Source of the DNA: Octopus sinensis | Lineage: Eukaryota | Direction: 5' to 3' | DNA length: 64,000 nt | Assembly: GCF_006345805.1 (NCBI RefSeq) | Contig: NC_043002.1 | Span: 65,286,001 to 65,350,000 of the forward strand | Shown: positions 55,310-64,000 of the stretch, piece by piece | How positions within the stretch are numbered: position 1 is the stretch's first letter | How the letters are laid out: every line of letters begins with the position of its first letter | Made by a program: the position numbers and the translations under genes | The notes under the pieces: model-generated | Database searches by the model: none | Told to the model about the DNA's origin: nothing | The model's input: only the letters and a program-made list of their open reading frames with translations

Positions 55310-55712
55310 GGCGCAGGAGTAGCTTTGTGGTAAGTAGCTTCCTTACCAACCACATGGTTCCGCGTTCAATCTCGCTGCGTGGTACTTCCGGTAGGTGTCT
55401 TCTACTATAGTCTCGGGTCGACCAAAGACCTGTAAGTGGATTTGGTAGGCGGAAACTGAAAAGAGCCCATCGTATTTATGTATGTGTGTGTATATGGTTG
55501 TGAGTCTGTGTTTGTCCCCCCAGCATCGCTTGACGACAGATACTGGTATGTTTACGTCCCCGTAACTTAGCGGTTCGGCAAAAGTGACCGATAGAATAAG
55601 TACCAGGCTTAGAAAGAATAAGTTCCGGAGGTTGATTTGCTTGACTAAAGGCGGTGCTCCAGCGTGGCTGCAGTCAAATGACTGAAACATGTAAAAGAAT
55701 AAAAGAAAGTAA
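55310..55712 (+). mobile_element. SINE family A
   Basis: Homologous to 31478-31877. Confidence 0.9.
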
Positions 55713-55829
55713 AATAATATATGTATATATATGTACGAATGTGCGTATGTATGCATATATATATAATATTCACATATATATATATATATACATATATACA
55801 CATATATACACACATATGTATGCACACAC

Positions 55830-55894
<65 letters not shown>

Positions 55895-57169
55895 CTTATA
55901 AGCTCACACAGAATTCAACTGAGAAAATCTAAAGATGCAATAATTGAAACGCTATGAACATGTTAAAAAAATAATTCCTACCTTTGAAAATGCTAGAGAA
56001 ACCACGAAGCAATTTATCTAACATCATGAAAACGCATTTTCTGTTTTCTTTTCTTTTTTTAATTCTTTACATCTCTATATATCTCATGGCTGCTGGCTGT
56101 CGTCTGTTAGTTGTGATTGTTTCGTTTTTCAATTTTTGTTTGTTTTCATGTGACTTTTCCTATTTAACTTGCAAAACATATACTGCTGTTCCAATCATTT
56201 CCTTGAGAAAAAAAAATAAATTGAAGCGTTGCATTCCTATTATGGTGTGTCTATAACATCAAAATATATAAAATGAACTCAATAAATAAAAAATATATTT
56301 CTTTCAGTCGTTTCTTTACAGTTCTGTGAAGCTTCAATAATTCTCGTAAATATTATGCGTCATATGTGTTGAAAATAAAGAAATCCTTCTGGATATTACT
56401 GTACCTTTCCTTGCACCTCATAGGGCCGCTAAACGGTTTCGATGGCGTATAATTGGCTGCAGTCTTAACATTATCCCCGAGAGGGACTTCAGTCTCTTCC
56501 AGGTTTACTCATGTTCACCTAAGTGGACTGGAACAACGTGAAAGGAGGTGTTTTGCTCAAGAACAGTACGCACACCTGGTCCAGCAATTGGAGGTACGAT
56601 CTCACGATCGGAAGTGCAACTCTTTGAGCATTAGGCCACGCATTCTTAAGCTTGTTTGCTGATTCACAACCATAATGATATGCATCGAATGAAAATCGGA
56701 AATGCCATTAAAATTGCTTATGGTTAACTGAATTGTCCACCAGGTTATATTTTGCGGATAGTGTACTGTCAATCATATTTCCTTGGTATTAAAAATAAGC
56801 AGATAAATCTCGAATTCTTACCTGGAACGTTTGATCGTATCCTGGAGGTATGCAGCAGAAAGACACTTTATACGAAATTCCTTCCAGCTACTATGTTATC
56901 CGAAAGTTACAATCACGCAGAAGACAAATGCAGTTATCGGAAATATTTTTAGTACCGCAATTAAATTTACGACATATGACAATTTTTATGAGGAGTTACA
57001 TAGCTAAAATATTTATAATTTTAGGTAAAAAGAAAATATTTCCAGTAAATGATGTCCGGTTCTAGAGAAGGATATAAAAATACATTGCTTTAACAGAATT
57101 ATATCTCTACTCTATAGTTCTTTACTGAAGTTCCAGAATGAATTTTAACCGAGGCTAAATTATAATGGG

Positions 57170-57455
57170 ATGTAGATACATGGCCTAGTGGTTAGGGCAG
57201 CGGACTCGCGTTCGAGGGGTCGCGGGTTCGAATCTCAGACGGGGCGATGTGTGTGTTTATGAGCGAAAACACGCGGCTCCGGTAGAAGGCAATGGCGAAC
57301 TGCTGATTCTTTCGCCACAACTTTCTCTCACACTTTCCTCCTGCAATCTTGCAGCTCACCTGCGACGGACCGGCGTCCCGGTCAGGTGGGGAACCTATAC
57401 ACCAAGGAAACCGGGAAACCGGCCCTATGAGCCAAGCGTGGCTCAAGAAGGAACA
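57170..57455 (+). mobile_element. SINE family B
   Basis: TGGCCTAGTGGTTAGGGCAGCGGACTCGCG..GGTTCGAATCTC. Confidence 0.88.
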
Positions 57456-58686
57456 AACAACAACAAATTCTATTGGTGAGGCTGGTTTTCACCCAGACGT
57501 TCTCTCTGTTTGCTGTAACATAGGGGCGATCGATTTGGAAAATTATCTTTCTGGAATCACTGAAATACCTACATACTAGTCAAGTACTTGAGTCGATAAA
57601 ATTTCCCCCTCTTAAACGAGTAAATCTCTCACCACATAAAAAATATAATAATAAAGCAAACGTTAGCCAACTACGTATATATTTCTTTTATCCAATTTAA
57701 TAATAAATTAGTTAGCCTTCTATTTTATTGTATTCTACTCTGTTGCAACCATATTTCTGTTGAAGCAAAAACATCGCTTTTGCATCAATAAATATTGAAA
57801 ATAATGAAGGATTTTATAAAATTATTTTGCCATTATTAAGCTGATGCTTAGAATATAACAGGAAATTTTGATAGAAGATTTTAACTTGGATCATTTAAGC
57901 ATGAAGTTTTATATCATAGAAATGGGGTGGTCTTGGAAGGGTGGATACCAAAAGGTTACTACAAATAATGATTATTGTATTTTTTTTCAGTTTTTCAAAT
58001 TCGATTCATGTTTTTGTATTAATTTCTTCTTTTTTTAAATAACAACAATTTTTAAGGATGTTCCGGAAATTGTTATAAGCTTATTTCATAGTTCTGTGAG
58101 GATTATACAACGCTCTTACGCATAAAACTTTATCAAAAGCCTTCTGACGCGAATGCACCGTCTCTTCATGGTGCAAGATATTATGTATTGTTGTGTCTAT
58201 AAATACAACAAAAGACTCATTGAATGAAGGTTTGAACTTGCAGCCCGTAAGTTAGTTTTAAAGTAACTTAAGTAACACTGACATACATTAGCAAAACTTA
58301 AATTAACTCTATATCTAGACACACACAGGTATTAACAAATTTGAAATAAATATTAATATATACTAATATATACATATTTATGTACACGTCTCTTGGTTTT
58401 GAGTGTGTAAGTGTGCGCGTGTACAGGCATGACCGTTTGTGTATACCTGTGCATGTGTGTGATATTCTGTCTATCAAAATATGTACTTGAGACTGTGAGT
58501 ATGTGTCAACTGGTGTTCGCGCGTTCGTGTGCTTTCATGATATGAATGTGTGTTTACTTTATTAAATTTATTGCACTGTTGGATTTTCCCGCCATCATTT
58601 TCGTGACATTATCATCACAGCGGTTCCGCTGTTTTGTGTCTATGTGCAACACGTCTGCCCTCTAGCGATCTAAAGTATGATCACTC

Positions 58687-58757
<71 letters not shown>

Positions 58758-58774
58758 GTGTGTGTGTGTGTGTG

Positions 58775-58805
<31 letters not shown>

Positions 58806-58815
58806 CATGTATGTA

Positions 58816-58848
<33 letters not shown>

Positions 58849-58888
58849 ATACACATGCACACACACATATATATATATATACATATAT

Positions 58889-58922
<34 letters not shown>

Positions 58923-60485
58923 ATAATGTAGTATTATTATGACTAGAAGGCAAATTTAGGCAAGACATCTATTAGCTGATACAAATAACAACATAGGCGT
59001 GTTAAATCCTCGAGAGCAGATTATGACGATGGCCAGTAGCAAATCTACAACTCCCAACATCACTACCATCCGCACAACATGGTATGTTACCTTAAATGTT
59101 GCATCAAATCAATGGTTCTAATGAAACTTTGCACAAATGATAAATATAAAATACGTCATCTATAAAGTTAAACTTTAATTAACTTATTGACAATAATTGC
59201 AGAGCAGCTGAACTTTTTAATAACAGTAATTGGTGTAGTATTCCTTAATGAAGCGTGTTTGGGACGGCTTTGATTATGCGCATTTTTGATCAGGACAGAC
59301 AACAGCAACATGAAGATGGTTTTGACTAATTTATTAAGTTCGAGGTAGTTCTTCGATTGGAATCTGAAAAATGTCGAAGACCGTTTGAATCAATAGGAAG
59401 GTACCTGCCATCGATTCTTTACATCAAGCCTGCGACTATTTTTTTCTGATTTATTCAGAAATTTCAAGATGGTGGGGAAGTCGTTGACATCGATCTCAAT
59501 ACTAGAATAGTATTTAATTTATTAGTTACGAAAAAGAATGAAAGGCACAGTGAACCTCAGTTTGATTTGAACTCAAAACCTTGAGAACCGTAAAAAAATA
59601 CCGGAAATCTCTTTTCTTGTAATGATTCTGCCAAGTAGCATCCTAACATCTACTAACAATAGGTATTGTGATGTTGATGCTAAAAATGAAGTCAGAATAC
59701 AAAATGATATCACCAAACAATTTGTCCGACAGCCTTCTTTTGAATGTGTCACTGTACAAAATAATCGAAATTTCCAAGAGTCGAATGATTCTTATTTAAA
59801 AATGTTAGAAATGGTTAAGTTTTGGCTTATATTTTTTAATGAAGAAGGTTTCTTTATTTAATCTAACTTGTGTTGGTGTTCCAATGGCACATTGATAGAA
59901 TGGAAAGATTATAAATTGTGGTAGTAGTTGCTTTGCGCATTTCTCAATATGGTCACTAAAGGGTATCATTCTGTATTCTTGTCGATGCAGAGTGCATCTG
60001 CATCTGAGCGATAATCTCGTAGACCCTATGTAGTTTTGGTGGAAGCCCGAGCATTTTATGACATAAATCAGGTTTTCTGAAGCTCAAGTAAAATTAGATT
60101 TGATTTTGAATTTTTGTCCCTCTTTGAAGAGGAATTCTGATCCATCTAGACCAAATCATGATAAATTAGTCATTCCCAACATGTTTGATTATCTCCCTTA
60201 TACCGGAAAAAATCCTTGATTACCTTCCGCTGCCTGGAACTCCGTATTTCACAACATAGCGAAGACATGACACGATATAGTTAAAGAAATTTGAGAAATT
60301 TGAAAAGAAAATACGAAACCGGTTATTTCTCCCAAAAACATCTATGTTACTATACGCAAAGCTTTATAACATTTTTCTAACATAACGATTTAAATATATT
60401 CTTTAACCATAAAACACAAGTCATCTCTAGTTTTTTCACATTTTTTTGTCTTTTATACATCCAACTACGTGCTTTCACATATCAA

Positions 60486-60527
<42 letters not shown>

Positions 60528-60528
60528 A

Positions 60529-60692
60529 AGTGGTGGTATGTTGTCAAATTAATGTGACAGTCCAATGAAAGGGAAGAATACTACTGCTATTTAGCCCTAG
60601 GGAGCACCACCTCCTGTCGGCGTTGACACAGTTCCTGTGTCCTTATGTTTACAAAGGGAGGAACTGTCACATTAAGTTGACAACTCACCACT
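60529..60692. mobile_element. MITE-like element with ~30-bp inverted ends
   Basis: GTTGTCAAATTAATGTGACAGT / ACTGTCACATTAAGTTGACAAC. Confidence 0.65.
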
Positions 60693-60734
60693 AATTTATC
60701 GCGTTACTACTGCATAAATGAAAGATTAGAAATG

Positions 60735-60790
<56 letters not shown>

Positions 60791-60953
60791 CATTTCTAAT
60801 CTTTCATATATATGTATGTATGTGTGTGTGTGTATATATGTGTATGTATGTAGCGTAAATCCAGAAAAAGAAGAACAAACACAAAAACGCAACAACGCGC
60901 GGACGTGGTACATGTAAAGTATTAGTAGACGGTCAGGGAAGGAAAGAAAGATG

Positions 60954-60988
60954 GTTTAACTTTTCGAGCAACGCTCTTCTTCAGAAAC
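60954..60988 (-). ncRNA. Minimal hammerhead motif, canonical core, degenerate stem III
   Basis: Minus: GUUU-CUGAAGA-A-GAGC guu GCUC-GAAA-AG-UU-AAAC. Confidence 0.6.
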
Positions 60989-61274
60989 AGATGAAAGTCC
61001 AATAGAAAGAAGACGCAGAAAGAAAATTGTCAACGATTAATTTGTAGTTACATTAGTCAATTATAATGAATAATACTTCAAATAAACGAAAAAGAAATGA
61101 AAATAAAGCGGTAAACAAGGAACAGGAGGACGAGCACAAAAAATGTATTAGCTTAACGCTCGTTGAAAGGAGCGAGTTTAACGTCGGAAAGGAGAAAGGG
61201 GAAAGTCCAGAGATGGAAAAGAAATTGCCAACGGTTCACGTGTAGTTACATATAAATGTGTGTGTGACTTCCGT

Positions 61275-61590
61275 TTATATATTTCAGTTATTGGACTACG
61301 GTCATAATTATGCCCCACCTTAAAGTGTTTAAGCCAACAAATTGCCAACAGTACGTCGGTTTTAAAAACCTAGTACTTATGCTATCGTTCACTTTCGCCG
61401 AACCACTAAATTATAAGGACGTAAAAATGACCAACACGGGATAAGAAGCAGAGGAAGGGCAAATACACAAACACACAAACTCGTGTATATGTATATATAC
61501 TTATACGATGGCTTACACACAGTTTTCATCTACCAAACTCACACAAAAGGCATTGACTTTATAGCCCAGGGCTTTGCACAAGATGCCCAA
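61275..61590 (-). mobile_element. Old, diverged SINE family A
   Basis: TTTCAGTTATTGGACTACGG..GCCGAACCACTAA..CTACCAAACTCAC. Confidence 0.65.
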
Positions 61591-62295
61591 ACTCGATATC
61601 ACTTTTTCATGCCGCTGCCTAATTTTTGATGAGTGTTTGCCGTATCGAACCCACATCTTTTGTGAAAGTAATAGACATGCTATCATTAGTCCAAAACTCT
61701 TTCCGCAGTTTGCATAAAACGATATATTCTAACGATGAAACTCTAAATCTGTATATTACTTTCTATCAGAACATCTCTATCTATAAAATAAAAATGATGA
61801 TTACATATGCATATAACAATGGAGTTTTGTACTTATAATACAGTAAATGTTAATAAAAGTTAATGTAAACAGGAATATAATGTAAAAATTTATATATAGA
61901 TATGCTTGGTGCGTGCGTCAATATGCGAGAAAAAATATGTGTCTGTACGACTGTAAGTGTGCTTATATAAACGCTTTTTAAATGTGTGTTGTGTGCGAAA
62001 GTAAATGTATATGTTTTTGATCGTACGTATGCAAGGATGAATAAAAAAGCAAACATTCTGTGCATCTGATAATACTTTTAACCTTATTAATATATAGTTA
62101 ATGCTAAATGCTTTATTTAACTATATATGCCACATTCGTGTGCGTGCGTGAGCATGTGTGTATTCATACTCAGTGCATATATATATATATATTCGTATAC
62201 ACGAATGCATATATATATGCGTATACATATCAGCGTTTGTTTAAATGCATGTATGAATATATAGATGTATATATATATACGTATGTATATACATA

Positions 62296-62353
<58 letters not shown>

Positions 62354-62421
62354 ATATGCATTTATATATATATATGCACATATATTATATGTATATATAT
62401 ACATATAGATACATGCATGCT

Positions 62422-62458
<37 letters not shown>

Positions 62459-63459
62459 ATATATATATATACATGCTTATAAATCATATGTCCAGGTTAT
62501 TATGCTTTACATATATATGTGCGTATCTGTCTATCTATCGATCAGTCAATGTCTATTAAAGTATTAAAGGTGAATCGCGAATAGCTTCATCGATTTCCAG
62601 CAACGTCTTATTATATGTTGATTGATACGTTATGCTTTCGATTTTATCATTTCCTTCAGCAAGCCTTCACAAGGTTCAAGTGGAAAAGAATTTAGTCTAT
62701 CTGTATCTCATTATCTGCCGTGTCCTTGTAAATCTCTTTTAATATTCTCCCTCCCTCTACATTTGAATTTTCTTTTATTCAGAGCTTTCATTGTTTTACT
62801 TGTATTTTCCATTGAATTACTTTTCTTCCGCCATCTTGTTAACCCTAGAATCTCCTCGTTGTTACCGCTATCGCAATTGCCATTTTGTTGATGGTGAAGA
62901 TATGATTTTATTCATCCTGCTATAATAATCTGTAGTTTCTATTTATTTTCTGGTTGTTTTTGTTGGTATGGTGATTCTGGTTGTGGTAGATATTATTTTT
63001 GTACTTGTTGATTTGCTTGTAGTTAATCTATATTTTACCCACAGTATTTTCTCAAAAAAAAAAACTTTTACTCAATTCAACAATCATATCATATATTTCA
63101 ACACGATTGAATGTACACATATGCATGCAGTCCTATATATTTCCACACATATATACACACAAAAGTGCTCACATCAATATACAGCGGTGTATTTTTTCAA
63201 CGTCTATGTATAATAGAGTATATAAACATCTATATATCTATATATCTATACATACACGCAAATACAAACATTTTATATATATATATATATATACATGTAT
63301 ATATACGTATACCGATATCTATATGAATATATACGTATGTATGTAATATATATATACATATATGTATATATATTTATATATATATAGAGAGAGAGATAGA
63401 TAGATAGATAGAAAAATAGATAGATATACATACATATATACGTTTATAGATGCATGTAA

Positions 63460-63498
<39 letters not shown>

Positions 63499-63499
63499 A

Positions 63500-63554
<55 letters not shown>

Positions 63555-63720
63555 TGCATTTTTATATTTGTATTATATACAATTCTTAACTCAACGTCTT
63601 TTTATATTCATATATGTCGATATATGTATGAATGTATATAGTTGTTGTATCGATATAATATATGTATGAGTATATATATATGTCTGTGTGTGTGTTTATG
63701 TGGTGTTTATAATGTTATAA

Positions 63721-63790
<70 letters not shown>

Positions 63791-64000
63791 TGTGTGTGTG
63801 TTGTATCTATGTATCATGTGTATGTGTTGTTTTGTGTGCATATAGGTATATATATATCTATCTATCTATATATATGTGAGTGTGTGTGTGTATGTATGTA
63901 TGTATTTATCTATGCCTGTGTATGTGAGGCTTTATGTAGGTCTACTTATATATAGGTGTATGCATATATAATCCACATTCTCCTCTTATTTCCCGCAGCC

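Noticed and set aside
57170-57245. Functional tRNA-Arg gene
   Set aside because: Acceptor stem not closed and sequence continues into a SINE body; it is a SINE head

Overview
AT-rich, microsatellite-saturated, repeat-dense animal DNA. It is most likely octopus/cephalopod, inferred from the tRNA-derived SINE families and an ATP6 NUMT that reads in the invertebrate mitochondrial code. I can support no host protein-coding gene; nearly all ORFs in the track are translations of (TA)n, (TATG)n, (GATA)n, (ATT)n or (CAT)n. Mobile elements present: a young 5'-truncated L1/Tx1-type LINE plus three 3'-end fragments, all in (GATA)n; an R4/Dong-type 3' end on (TAA)n; four Penelope-like (PLE) coding remnants; Tc1/mariner remnants; an ORF1-only LINE-like relic; three SINE families; and several fold-back elements. 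The main unannotated signal, read by eye, is about 17 type-I hammerhead ribozyme (HHR) motifs from roughly 9-10 unrelated sequence contexts. Two non-coding HHR-bearing repeat families (~560 and ~487 bp units) form tandem arrays, two of the three loci also inverted, next to (TA)n, and look retrozyme/PLE-pLTR-like. One PLE 3' end carries a tRNA-like Pol III cassette just upstream of its HHR. All RNA folds were paired manually and none is computationally or experimentally validated.
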